Numbered from the stretch's first letter, positions 9,360 to 18,826 are shown. The stretch is DNA of 64,000 nt from a virus (IMGVR_UViG_3300008740_000001:32001-96000), one strand, 5' to 3'. Numbers and translations are program-made. The notes: generated by a model from the letters alone, not told the origin.

Positions 9360-10026
9360 AAATATATTTGCAGAAGAGAAACAGAAGAAATGTTTTATCA
9401 TGGGCACCGGCCCGTCTTTATCAGACACTCCTTTGCACTTGTTGAAAGAACATATCACAATAGGTGTCAACTTGGTGATGCATTCAGGATTTGTGCCAAA
9501 TTATTTATGTGTTAGTGATAGAGAGATGGCCGTCGATAACTTTGATGCTATTTTTAATGAGAAGATGGATAACGGTACATATGTTATAGCTAGAACCAAA
9601 AATCAACATGTTAATAATTTCCTAATGAGAAAGAGTAATGTGTATTTAATTGAAGGATTTAAAGAAAACAGACCAGTTAGGCCGCCCCATATAGATGAAC
9701 AGTTTTTGAAATTTGCAATGACTAAAAACGGGGTTGTCAACGACTTAGCTGTTCCGCTGGCAGTCTATCTGGGATTTAAGGAAATTTATTTATTAGGAGT
9801 CGATGGCGAACATGGCCCAGAGGCCCACTTCTATGATCACGTCAACGCTAAGGACAAGAAGGAATCAATCATAAGAGGGCCCCGCACGCCAACGAAATAT
9901 GACTTATTGCTCGAAATATTAAAACATAGAGACATAAGCCTGTATAATTGTAGTGTTAATGGAAATAAGACGCCCGAAATAGAAACTAAGAAACTAGGAG
10001 ACGTATTAAATGGTTCATGCCTCTGA
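9343..10026 (+). CDS. DUF115/Maf-like putative nonulosonate transferase
   Basis: CFIMGTGPSL, TIGVN and AVYLGFKEIYLLGVD...AHFYD motifs. Confidence 0.65.
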   Translation: MMKVIKNIFAEEKQKKCFIMGTGPSLSDTPLHLLKEHITIGVNLVMHSGFVPNYLCVSDREMAVDNFDAIFNEKMDNGTYVIARTKNQHVNNFLMRKSNVYLIEGFKENRPVRPPHIDEQFLKFAMTKNGVVNDLAVPLAVYLGFKEIYLLGVDGEHGPEAHFYDHVNAKDKKESIIRGPRTPTKYDLLLEILKHRDISLYNCSVNGNKTPEIETKKLGDVLNGSCL

Positions 10027-10732
10027 CATGCATTATCATCAAGAATTGATTGAGAAGCTGGTTCGCGCCACTTCTGCAAAAGTTGTATTAGAACTTGGCG
10101 TCCGTGCCATCGTTTCCCACCCGCGCAAAGGCACCTCGACATTCTTTTTCTGGAAATCATTGGCTCCAGAAGAGGGAAAACTTTATTCAGTTGATCTGAA
10201 AAACCCGGCAAGTCATAATCATTCAGAAGAATTCCTACTACGCGAATTACGAAGTTCAGGTAGATGGGAGTTTATCCAAGGAAATACCATGAATGTGTTC
10301 GAGGACATAGAGGCTCGCTTCCGGAAAGAGAATATAAGTGTGGACATTCTTTTCATCGACACGGACAAAGAAGGTGACTTAACAAAATATGAATTGGAAA
10401 ACTATTCTAAGCTGCTGGGGCCCAAAGGCATTATCATGATGCACGATACAGGGTGGGTACCCAGCAAGAGGGTGCATGAACTAGCCAGAGCAAACTCAGG
10501 CTGGCCGGCCCATGATTCGGCGGTTCAAGATTTCTTGCAGCAGACAGATTTTAAGATGAAAGCACAACTCGGAAGTTACAATATGGTCGTACTTTATAGA
10601 GATGTTGCCGATCTATGCGGAGTGAAGATTGATAATGATCTCCCGGTCGACGAAAATAGGGCGCCCTATGAAGACTCAAAAGTTGCACTACGGCGCCGCA
10701 AGTTTAACGAAATTTGGAGTAAATACGAATGA
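10010..10732 (+). CDS. Class I SAM-dependent methyltransferase (Methyltransf_24-like)
   Basis: VVLELGV, LYSVD, VDILFIDTD and LGPKGIIMMHDT motifs. Confidence 0.8.
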   Translation: MVHASDMHYHQELIEKLVRATSAKVVLELGVRAIVSHPRKGTSTFFFWKSLAPEEGKLYSVDLKNPASHNHSEEFLLRELRSSGRWEFIQGNTMNVFEDIEARFRKENISVDILFIDTDKEGDLTKYELENYSKLLGPKGIIMMHDTGWVPSKRVHELARANSGWPAHDSAVQDFLQQTDFKMKAQLGSYNMVVLYRDVADLCGVKIDNDLPVDENRAPYEDSKVALRRRKFNEIWSKYE

Positions 10733-11913
10733 AAATTTTTAGAGAAAGTCTCGATAGCGAGAAGTATATTATGGTCGAATACTATTTAGAGTCCAAGACG
10801 ACACTAAGAGATGCCGCATGGAGCTTGGCCATTGGACAAAGTGTAGGTAATCCCAATGTAAGAAACCAGTGGGAGACCGATGAACTTTTTGAAAACCACG
10901 CATGTATGGTGCTCGGTGATGAAGAGTGGCTAGCATCTTCAAATTCTGGACATGTCGCCATTGGTTTTCCAGTCGACAATATCGATTTGTCAACTGATGG
11001 GATTTCTCACCTGTTATGTCAGATTATGGGAGGCCAGTTAGATATTGATATTGTTTTAAAATGTCATGTGCTGAATATTGAATTTCCCCAAGCGGCTTTA
11101 CAACATTTTCGTGGGCCAAAATATGGAATCTCTGGTATTCGAAAGTTTACAAAGGTGTATGATAAACCGCTTTTGGGCGGAATCGTTAAGCCCAAGATTG
11201 GCATTAGTCCAGAAGTGCTGTTGGAAATGGTCAAGGAAATGGTTGAAGGCGGTGTAAACTTTATTAAAGAAGACGAGATTATGTCTAACCCGCATTTCTG
11301 CACAATCGAAGATCGTGTCCCGAGAATAATGGAATATCTGAAAAACAAGAATGTAATTTATTCGGTTTGCATTAATTCTGATGCTCCGTACTTGTTAGAC
11401 AGAGTTCGACAAGTTCACTCTTTGGGCGGAAACTCTGTACATGTTAACTTCTGGAGCGGCTTAGGATCTTATAAGGCGATTAGAGATCTGGACTTACCAT
11501 TGTTTATTCATTTTCAGAAAAGCGGCGACAAGATCTTGACGAACAAAAGTCACGACTATCACATTGACTGGAGAGTCGTATGTGATCTGGCCGGCCTTAT
11601 GGGTGTTGATTTCATCCATGCTGGCATGTGGGGCGGCTATATGAGTGACAATGAGAAAGAACTCAAAGCAGTTGTGTCCACGCTACATAACCACGGAGTG
11701 GTGCCTGCATTAAGCTGCGGCATGCATCCGGGCTTGGTACAAGCCATCAACAGCCGCTTTGGGGTAGACTACATGGCGAACGTAGGAGGAGCCATCCACG
11801 GCCATCCTAGTGGCTCTCTTGGTGGCGCCCGAGCCATGCGCCAGTCAATTGATCACGACCACGGTTTAGAATATGAGCTAGCTATAGACAAGTGGGGTCT
11901 GGTTGATGGCTAG
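10729..11913 (+). CDS. RuBisCO-like protein (form IV RLP), not a carboxylase
   Basis: FRGPKYGISGIR, GGIVKPKIG (K175/K177), GGVNFIKEDE (K201/D203/E204), FIHAG (H327), PALSCG (S379) and VGGAIHGHP (G403/G404) are present. The E60, N123, R295 and K334 equivalents appear substituted. Confidence 0.9.
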   Translation: MKIFRESLDSEKYIMVEYYLESKTTLRDAAWSLAIGQSVGNPNVRNQWETDELFENHACMVLGDEEWLASSNSGHVAIGFPVDNIDLSTDGISHLLCQIMGGQLDIDIVLKCHVLNIEFPQAALQHFRGPKYGISGIRKFTKVYDKPLLGGIVKPKIGISPEVLLEMVKEMVEGGVNFIKEDEIMSNPHFCTIEDRVPRIMEYLKNKNVIYSVCINSDAPYLLDRVRQVHSLGGNSVHVNFWSGLGSYKAIRDLDLPLFIHFQKSGDKILTNKSHDYHIDWRVVCDLAGLMGVDFIHAGMWGGYMSDNEKELKAVVSTLHNHGVVPALSCGMHPGLVQAINSRFGVDYMANVGGAIHGHPSGSLGGARAMRQSIDHDHGLEYELAIDKWGLVDG

Positions 11914-12823
11914 GGACATCATAACAACTATGCCGGATTATAATGTTAGAATCTTAGTCTGTGGTATGTCGCGCAGTGGCAGTACGCTGTTAGTAAAAAT
12001 GATACGAAAGTATTTCGCTGAATACCACGGTTTAGTTTTACCAGTGTTGAGTAATAAACAGTTCTTGAACGCCCCACCTCGTTCGGGCAATTACATTGTC
12101 AAGACACACGTTCCAGATGTTAGTATTAAAAGAAAATACAAGCACGACCAACCCCGGGACCCTGATGATAAAGAACTTAAACAATATTTCTCGCTTACTG
12201 ATATTTTCCGTACAAAAAGAGATATAAGAGATGCAGCTGCTTCAGAAATTATAAGTTTGAACCTGCGTGAGCATTTCTTTCCGAGCGATGCCAAGGCGCT
12301 CCTAACTAAAAACGAAGATTACGAGTCTCCTTACTTAAGGGAAATTGTTAAAAAATTACACAGAGAACATATGATTTGGGCACATACCTTATCCCGCGTC
12401 CACACTCATCCAGATTTTACAGCATCCAGCACTAACACCAAGTGGTATGAGTGGAAATATGAAGATAGTATATCTGATCAGCACGCGGCATTTCGAAACG
12501 TTTTAGCGTTTTTAAAAGAAAGGCACGACTTTATCGAAGATTTGGACGACGCCTCTATCGCAAATTTGCTGGCCTCGCTGCCCGATCCAGTAGAATTACC
12601 TCGCAGCGAGGACGACTTCCGAGGCCTGCCTAGAGAATTCTGGAGAGACCCCGAAAAATTCGCAAGCGAGAACGTACCCTACAAAAAGAGGCTTGGTTGG
12701 GATGTGGGGGTGTCTAGTACCGGCGGCAAAATTGGATATTATAAAGAATTTTTTACAAAAGAACAATTAAAAGTCATTGATGGACAATGTGTTCAGTGGC
12801 TAAAAAGGAATGGTTATAAATGA
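11906..12823 (+). CDS. PAPS-dependent sulfotransferase (P-loop type)
   Basis: VCGMSRSGSTLL 5'-PSB loop and RTKRDIRDAAAS 3'-PB-like motif. Confidence 0.7.
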   Translation: MARDIITTMPDYNVRILVCGMSRSGSTLLVKMIRKYFAEYHGLVLPVLSNKQFLNAPPRSGNYIVKTHVPDVSIKRKYKHDQPRDPDDKELKQYFSLTDIFRTKRDIRDAAASEIISLNLREHFFPSDAKALLTKNEDYESPYLREIVKKLHREHMIWAHTLSRVHTHPDFTASSTNTKWYEWKYEDSISDQHAAFRNVLAFLKERHDFIEDLDDASIANLLASLPDPVELPRSEDDFRGLPREFWRDPEKFASENVPYKKRLGWDVGVSSTGGKIGYYKEFFTKEQLKVIDGQCVQWLKRNGYK

Positions 12824-13752
12824 AAAGATTGATTGTAACGACAGCAGATGATAAATTTGCACCCGGCACTGCTTTATTGTTATATTCCCTTAAAAGAAAT
12901 ATGGTGAGATTCGCAGAAACTGACGTAAAGGTGCTGTATACAAATTTGTCCGATGAGAATAAGAAAATGATTAAAAGTGTACTCTCTAGAGTACAGTTTG
13001 AAAAACCAGATATGGATTTTTGCGCAGGTATTAAGACGCTTTACGGCGCCGACAACCAAGACACTTATTTGTGTCTTGAGGCATTTAGACAACACGAATA
13101 CGATCAAGTAATATGCTTAGATAGTGATATGCTTTGTATAGGGGACATCTCCCCGTTGCTCGGCTATGATAAGGTAATCATGGCATGTATTGGAAAAAGA
13201 AACCTTAACACAAAAGAACAGACCTATCATCATGGAATTGACAAGTTTAATGCCGGCTTTATGGTGATTGGTAAGCAAATTCTACAGAACAATAGGGTGT
13301 ATCAAGACTTGACATCAATAGTACGACATATTAGAGACAACAAGCGTGATGGCCTATACAACGTCTTTGGTGATAATCGAAAAGTGTTTAACGATCAGGA
13401 TGTAATAAGAGTATACTTTAGCAGTGCTCCAACACATATTCTGCCGGATTGGTATAATTTTAAGAATTTTTGTTTGGGCCCAAACTTTGAAGAAACAAAC
13501 AAGATTTTCGATACTCACCAAAACGACGTAAAGATTCTGCATTTTTCGGGGAAAAGAAAACCATGGGCGAATAAGACGGACCGCTCTGGTGGACCCGTTG
13601 ACGGGAAGATAGCAGGGATTTATGATGTCTGCTCAGTGGCAGATCCGGAGGAAATGAACAACAGCGCCGCCTGTCACATATGGCACGATTATTATGAAGA
13701 ATGTTTCGGAGAGAAGTGCATTAATGATTGGTACAGGCACGACAGGAGTTAA
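12820..13752 (+). CDS. GT8 glycosyltransferase
   Basis: VICLDSDML (DxD), FNAGFMVI, NDQDVI and ILHFSGKRKPW motifs. Confidence 0.88.
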   Translation: MKRLIVTTADDKFAPGTALLLYSLKRNMVRFAETDVKVLYTNLSDENKKMIKSVLSRVQFEKPDMDFCAGIKTLYGADNQDTYLCLEAFRQHEYDQVICLDSDMLCIGDISPLLGYDKVIMACIGKRNLNTKEQTYHHGIDKFNAGFMVIGKQILQNNRVYQDLTSIVRHIRDNKRDGLYNVFGDNRKVFNDQDVIRVYFSSAPTHILPDWYNFKNFCLGPNFEETNKIFDTHQNDVKILHFSGKRKPWANKTDRSGGPVDGKIAGIYDVCSVADPEEMNNSAACHIWHDYYEECFGEKCINDWYRHDRS

Positions 13753-13758
13753 GGCATC

Positions 13759-14493
13759 GTGAATATTTTAATTCCAATGGCCGGCGCCGGCTCTCGTTTT
13801 ACGCAAGAAGGCTACGAACTGCCTAAACCACTGATCGACATAGCCGGCCTCCCGATGATTCAGAGATGCATCAACAGCTTAGATATAACAGGACAGTATA
13901 TTTTTATCATTAGAAAATATGAGACTCTAGCTGAGACCATTTTACTTCGAGATATTTTGAAACAAATAACGGAAGAACCAATTATCATTGAAATAGATCA
14001 CGTTACAGAAGGCGCCGCATGTACATGCTTGTTGGCAAAGGAACATATAAACAATTCCGAACAACTGATTTCAGTCAATTGTGATCAGATAATGAATTGG
14101 GACTCTAAGGAGTTTCTAAATCTTGTAGAAGGTGCAAACGTTGATGGTTGTGTGGTAACATATAATTCTGATTCGATCAAAAATAGCTACATTGAACTAG
14201 ACGAGCAGGGGTTTGGCGTTCGGCTAGCCGAGAAGGATCCAATTAGTAACCTCTCTTTAACAGGAATCCACTATTGGAAACAGGGTCGCTACTTTGTAAA
14301 ATCGGCGGAAGCTATGATAAACGACAACATCAGAGTAAATAACGAGTTTTATGTGGCACCAACCTATAATCATATGATTTCGGATGGACTAAAGGTCAAC
14401 AATTATCATATTGAGAACTCCAACTTTCACCCTGTTGGTACTCCAGAAGATTTAAAGAAGTATCTTCATAGCCATTATGGTATAGAGAAATGA
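13759..14493 (+). CDS. Sugar-phosphate nucleotidyltransferase (GT-A NTP_transferase family)
   Basis: ILIPMAGAGSRF...PKPLIDI, ISVNCDQ and EFYVAPTYN motifs. GTG start. Confidence 0.85.
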   Translation: MNILIPMAGAGSRFTQEGYELPKPLIDIAGLPMIQRCINSLDITGQYIFIIRKYETLAETILLRDILKQITEEPIIIEIDHVTEGAACTCLLAKEHINNSEQLISVNCDQIMNWDSKEFLNLVEGANVDGCVVTYNSDSIKNSYIELDEQGFGVRLAEKDPISNLSLTGIHYWKQGRYFVKSAEAMINDNIRVNNEFYVAPTYNHMISDGLKVNNYHIENSNFHPVGTPEDLKKYLHSHYGIEK

Positions 14494-14816
14494 AAATTTT
14501 AAAGCTAAAAGACATGAAGGCCGGCTGGTTTATTGGTAATTTTGAACCAACTGCCTATAAAACTTCTGATTTTGAGGTATGTTATAAAGAACACCCCGCC
14601 GGCGAATCATGGGATGTGCATTTTCATAAGAAAGCTCTGGAAATTAACTATCTGATTCGTGGAAAGATGTGTATACAGGGCAAAATTTTGGAGCAAGGCG
14701 ATATTTTTATGTTATATCCGTGGGAAGTGGCAGACCCAGTTTTCATAGAAGACTGTGAGGTTGTTGTGGTCAAAGTACCTTCCGTTCCAAACGATAAATT
14801 TACAATTAAGGAATAA
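14490..14816 (+). CDS. Small RmlC-like cupin
   Basis: GWFIGNFEP...HFHKKALEINYLIRGKM...GDIFMLYP cupin motifs. Confidence 0.75.
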   Translation: MKILKLKDMKAGWFIGNFEPTAYKTSDFEVCYKEHPAGESWDVHFHKKALEINYLIRGKMCIQGKILEQGDIFMLYPWEVADPVFIEDCEVVVVKVPSVPNDKFTIKE

Positions 14817-14818
14817 AA

Positions 14819-15517
14819 ATGGGAATTAATCATATAGGCAAGCTAGAGCGTCTTGAAACGGCGCTCCTACAAGCTGGAAAAGAATATCAAGGAGCAAAAG
14901 TGTGTGACTTGGGAAATCAAAGAATGTGGGAATCTGCTGCAGAAGGTTTGGGTATACCGATGGATTATTATGCAGGAGCTTATCTGCTTAAAGATTATTT
15001 TAAAAAGAAAAGGGTCTCTTTTCACACTTCAATCGATTTAAATGGAAAGGATGGTTCTTTGAGTCTAGATCTGACAAAACCAATTGATGTAGAAAAGATT
15101 GGGGGCCCCTTTACTGTGGTTACAAACTATGGTACTAGTGAACATGTGCCCGGTCAATATTGGTGTTTTAGAAATATTCATCATTTAGTAGAGCTTGGTG
15201 GCCTAATGTGTCATGTGGTGCCTCGTGTTGGAAATTGGGATGGCAAAAATTGTGGTTGCAAGAAACCTCATTGCCCATATTATTACGATACAGACTTTTT
15301 TGGTCTTTTGGCCGAGGCTAATGGTTATAAAATCATAGAGAACGATATATGCAATTATGATCACGAAACTCCCAAAAGAGCCCGGGAAGAATGTTTTGTA
15401 ATATATCAAAAGACCACAGAACAAGAGTTTGTTTCGCTCGATAAATTTGAAAAATTTCCAATAAAGTGTATTTCAAATCCGTCAAAAACAGGGAATTATT
15501 CCCCGGGAGGAAGATAA
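14819..15517 (+). CDS. SAM-dependent methyltransferase-like protein
   Basis: VCDLGNQ, SIDLN, LDLTKPI and VTNYGTSEHV...GGLMCHVVP motifs. Confidence 0.65.
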   Translation: MGINHIGKLERLETALLQAGKEYQGAKVCDLGNQRMWESAAEGLGIPMDYYAGAYLLKDYFKKKRVSFHTSIDLNGKDGSLSLDLTKPIDVEKIGGPFTVVTNYGTSEHVPGQYWCFRNIHHLVELGGLMCHVVPRVGNWDGKNCGCKKPHCPYYYDTDFFGLLAEANGYKIIENDICNYDHETPKRAREECFVIYQKTTEQEFVSLDKFEKFPIKCISNPSKTGNYSPGGR

Positions 15518-16510
15518 ATGTCAGAAACGGTTTTAGTAACCGGCGGAGCCGGCTTCATTGGCCATGCGGTAATTGAATATTTATTGGCCAACACAGATCA
15601 CAATGTGGTCTCACTAGATAGGTTGGATGTCTCAGGCAACTTGAATCGCTTGGGCGCCCTGATAGGGGAACATCCAGAATGGCGAACCCGACTAAGGATA
15701 GTGTGGCACGATCTTAAGGCCCCAGTGCACGATTACGTAATTAACAAAATTGGTCAGGTTGACTATATTTTACATTTGGCAGCCGGCTCACATGTTGATA
15801 GAAGCATTTTATATCCGCTGGAATATGTAATGGACAATGTTGTGGGCACATGTAACATCCTTGACTATGCACGTAAAGAGTGTGAAGATCTAAAGCTGTT
15901 TTTATATTTCAGCACGGATGAGGTCTTCGGCGCCGCCCCTCGTGGTATAACCTTTAAAGAAAATGATCGCTATAATGCCGGCAATCCTTATGCTGCATCT
16001 AAAGCTGCTGGGGAGGAGTTGTGTGTCGCATACGAAAATACATATAGCATGCCAATTATCATAACCCACACAATGAACGTATACGGACCTAGGCAGCATC
16101 CTGAAAAGTATTTGCCTCTTATTATCAACAAGGTGCTCAATGGAGATACACTGGAGGTGCATTCAAATCCGCAGCTTACAGAAGCTAGCAAGAGGCATTA
16201 TTTGCACTCTAGGGATGTAGCTGCAGCAGTTCATTTTTTGATGCAAAATCACAAAGTTGGCGAAAAATACAATATTGTGGCAAACGAAGAGACAGATAAT
16301 TTAGATTTAGCAATTAAGATTGCCGAAATCATTGGCAAGCCTTTAAAGTATAAATTGGTCGACCCACAGATTACCAGACCCCGCCATGACTTTCGTTACG
16401 CACTGTGCGGAGAAAAGCTGAGAGAAATGGGATGGACTCAGGAAATTGAACTTGTGTCGGGATTAGAAGAAGTTGTTCAATGGTTTATTGAAAACGAGCA
16501 CTGGAGGTAA
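15518..16510 (+). CDS. rmlB: NDP-sugar 4,6-dehydratase (RmlB-like extended SDR)
   Basis: VTGGAGFIG, HLAAGSHVDRSI, STDEVFG, YAASK and NVYGPRQHPEK motifs. Confidence 0.85.
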   Translation: MSETVLVTGGAGFIGHAVIEYLLANTDHNVVSLDRLDVSGNLNRLGALIGEHPEWRTRLRIVWHDLKAPVHDYVINKIGQVDYILHLAAGSHVDRSILYPLEYVMDNVVGTCNILDYARKECEDLKLFLYFSTDEVFGAAPRGITFKENDRYNAGNPYAASKAAGEELCVAYENTYSMPIIITHTMNVYGPRQHPEKYLPLIINKVLNGDTLEVHSNPQLTEASKRHYLHSRDVAAAVHFLMQNHKVGEKYNIVANEETDNLDLAIKIAEIIGKPLKYKLVDPQITRPRHDFRYALCGEKLREMGWTQEIELVSGLEEVVQWFIENEHWR

Positions 16511-16514
16511 TTAA

Positions 16515-16958
16515 ATGATTTGGATAGCACATAGGGGGAATATTGATGGCCCAAAACCCGAAATGGAAAACCGGCCGGAATATTTATTAGCCGCCACTGA
16601 AAAAGGTTATGATGTAGAAGTAGATGTTTGGCTAGCCGGAGATAAATTATTTCTTGGTCATGACGAGCCTCAATATGAAACAAATATCGAGTTTTTAAAT
16701 AATGAGCATTTTTGGTGTCATTGTAAAAATGCCGAAGCGCTCAAGCTTTTGCTTGAGCATGGAATTCACTGTTTCTTCCATATCGGAGATGATGTTACAT
16801 TGACCTCAAAGAACTACATCTGGACCTTTCCGAAGAAAAGATTGATCTCCGGAGCCATTTGTGTCATGCCAGAATATGGCTACAGGGGCGATATTGATGG
16901 ATGTATCGGCGTGTGCAGCGATAATATTCTTGAATGGGAGAAGCGATATAATGGCTGA
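16515..16958 (+). CDS. Minimal GDPD/PLC-like phosphodiesterase
   Basis: IAHRGN, GYDVEVDVW, LGHDEPQY and WCHCKN motifs. 147 aa. Confidence 0.7.
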   Translation: MIWIAHRGNIDGPKPEMENRPEYLLAATEKGYDVEVDVWLAGDKLFLGHDEPQYETNIEFLNNEHFWCHCKNAEALKLLLEHGIHCFFHIGDDVTLTSKNYIWTFPKKRLISGAICVMPEYGYRGDIDGCIGVCSDNILEWEKRYNG

Positions 16959-17301
16959 AGTATATACAGAAGAGCGTCCATGGGGCAAGTTTGAGAACCT
17001 ATTAGAATCAGATTACTGTAAAGTAAAGAGGATTACGGTTAACCCGGGTCAAAGGTTGAGTTATCAATATCACCATAAGCGTAATGAAGTTTGGACAATC
17101 GTGCAGGGTACTGGGCTGATAACTATAGACGACAACGCAACTTGGATCCAAAAAGGAACAACGGTTGAAATCCCCGCCGGCTCAAAACATAGGATTCAAA
17201 ACGCGACCGAGGGACCCCTTGTATTTATCGAGGTCCAGCACGGCTCCTATTTCGGTGAAGATGACATTGTAAGGATTAGTGATGATTACGAAAGAAACTG
17301 A
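16951..17301 (+). CDS. Stand-alone type II mannose-6-phosphate isomerase C-terminal cupin
   Basis: EERPWGKF, KVKRITVNPGQRLSYQYHHKRNEVW and FIEVQHGSYFGEDDIVR motifs. Start set at ATG 16951, which overlaps the upstream stop. Confidence 0.85.
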   Translation: MAEVYTEERPWGKFENLLESDYCKVKRITVNPGQRLSYQYHHKRNEVWTIVQGTGLITIDDNATWIQKGTTVEIPAGSKHRIQNATEGPLVFIEVQHGSYFGEDDIVRISDDYERN

Positions 17302-17926
17302 GGATAAAGTTTCAAAGGTGATTTGCAAAGACAAGGAATTGTTCTTTGTGCATATACCGAAAAACTATGGCACTTCAATAATGCACATCGTATTCCAAGA
17401 TATTCGCGGTGCCGCCACTCACATGACGGCGGATCAGATCAACTCGATAGAACAATATTCAGAGTATAAAAACTTTTGTTTTGTCAGAGATCCTATTGAA
17501 AGGTTCATAAGTGTATATTTGTGGCGTAAGCGAAAAGACGAGCTTATTGCCCCTTTGGGCCTTGCTGGTACGCTGGATCTTCTGTGTGAGTCGGGCATGA
17601 ATCAAGTAATTGGGAAAGATTTCCAAACTGAGCCAGACAAGCTTAATAGAATGTTTTTGAAACAATCAACGTGGGTTAATCAAAATACTGTATTTGTGGG
17701 CAGGTGTGAAAACTTTGTTTACGATTTGAACAGTTTGAAGAATAAGTATGATTTGGATTTCCCCATCCGCGAGCTTAAAACCAATCGTCAACTTAAGTCT
17801 ACAAAAAAAGAAACAAAAAGTAAACTTCTCAATATTTTTGATAATTCTCCCGACTTGAAGAATAAATTTTATGAATATTACGACGAAGATTACGAGCGCT
17901 TCCAATACAGTAGGGAGACCTCATGA
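17282..17926 (+). CDS. Sulfotransferase family 2 (HNK-1/CHST-like)
   Basis: FFVHIPKNYGTSI and FCFVRDPIERFIS motifs. Confidence 0.8.
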   Translation: MITKETEDKVSKVICKDKELFFVHIPKNYGTSIMHIVFQDIRGAATHMTADQINSIEQYSEYKNFCFVRDPIERFISVYLWRKRKDELIAPLGLAGTLDLLCESGMNQVIGKDFQTEPDKLNRMFLKQSTWVNQNTVFVGRCENFVYDLNSLKNKYDLDFPIRELKTNRQLKSTKKETKSKLLNIFDNSPDLKNKFYEYYDEDYERFQYSRETS

Positions 17927-18825
17927 CAGCAGAACAGAAATGGTTAACCCCAGATCATGCCGGTTTTTATAGGGGCGGCCACCCATCGGTGTATTGGTAT
18001 AATGATAGAGTCATGGAACGCAGAAAGTTGTATCCAAACTGGGAATCTCTGCGGGATGAAAATAAGGCTCTCACTGCAGTCGCCCACCGTGTAGCTCACG
18101 ACGGGTATTATAAAATTGAGGATTTTTGGAACACAGATTTGTTAGATCAGCTTAGAGATCAAACATTGCAACTTATGGAGCAAAACCACCCGGACAAAAT
18201 TAAACACCCCCAAGAAGGTCGCCATACACAGGTTTATATGCCTTTGTTGAATGCTCCTGTTGCAAATCAGCTGGCAACCGATCCACGCATCCTTGCTATA
18301 GCGACTGCTTTTCTAAATTGTTTCCCGGCATTAGGCACATCAAATTTACGATTGAGTACGGCGGAAAAGTCCGAATCAAAGGGCACCTGTATGTTCCATA
18401 GAGATTTTAACAGCCCAGTAAAGTTTATTAAGTTTTTTACATATCTCAACGACGTTACAATGGAAAATGGTCCGTTTACTTACGTGGAGGCCTCGAACAG
18501 AGAAATGCCAGTACAGCCACATTGGAGCACTCATCACCGATGGCCAGATGAAACAATAGAGTCGATTTATGGAAAAGATAGAATAAAGAACATAACGGCG
18601 AATTACGGCGATCTCTTGATAGCCACAACGGTTGGTTTTCACAAGGGCCTACAGTTACAAAAAGGCAGTCGATTAATGCTTACGTTGAATTATCTTGTAC
18701 ATCCCGAGCTTGGCGGACAGGGCATTTATGGTCCGCCCGAACAACCGCATCAAGTTTCAATGGAAACATTTAAGTCTACAAAGCACCCTGAATCTGGCTT
18801 GTACGATTTTATGACCAAGGTATGA
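17923..18825 (+). CDS. PhyH-like Fe(II)/2-oxoglutarate-type dioxygenase
   Basis: MFHRDFN (HxD), IKFFTYLNDVTMENGPF and TTVGFHKG motifs. Paralog-like to the 6095 gene. Confidence 0.78.
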   Translation: MTAEQKWLTPDHAGFYRGGHPSVYWYNDRVMERRKLYPNWESLRDENKALTAVAHRVAHDGYYKIEDFWNTDLLDQLRDQTLQLMEQNHPDKIKHPQEGRHTQVYMPLLNAPVANQLATDPRILAIATAFLNCFPALGTSNLRLSTAEKSESKGTCMFHRDFNSPVKFIKFFTYLNDVTMENGPFTYVEASNREMPVQPHWSTHHRWPDETIESIYGKDRIKNITANYGDLLIATTVGFHKGLQLQKGSRLMLTLNYLVHPELGGQGIYGPPEQPHQVSMETFKSTKHPESGLYDFMTKV

Positions 18826-18826
18826 A

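Noticed and set aside
10729-11913. RuBisCO as a carbon-fixation auxiliary metabolic gene (rbcL)
   Set aside because: The E60, N123, R295 and K334 equivalents appear substituted, and there is no rbcS, PRK or CbbX nearby. This is form IV, not a carboxylase.
6095-18825. Dioxygenases and GTs as a TET/JBP-type DNA hypermodification system
   Set aside because: The motifs are PhyH-like rather than TET/JBP, and there is no adjacent DNA methyltransferase or nucleotide kinase/thymidylate synthase homolog in the window. Not fully excluded.
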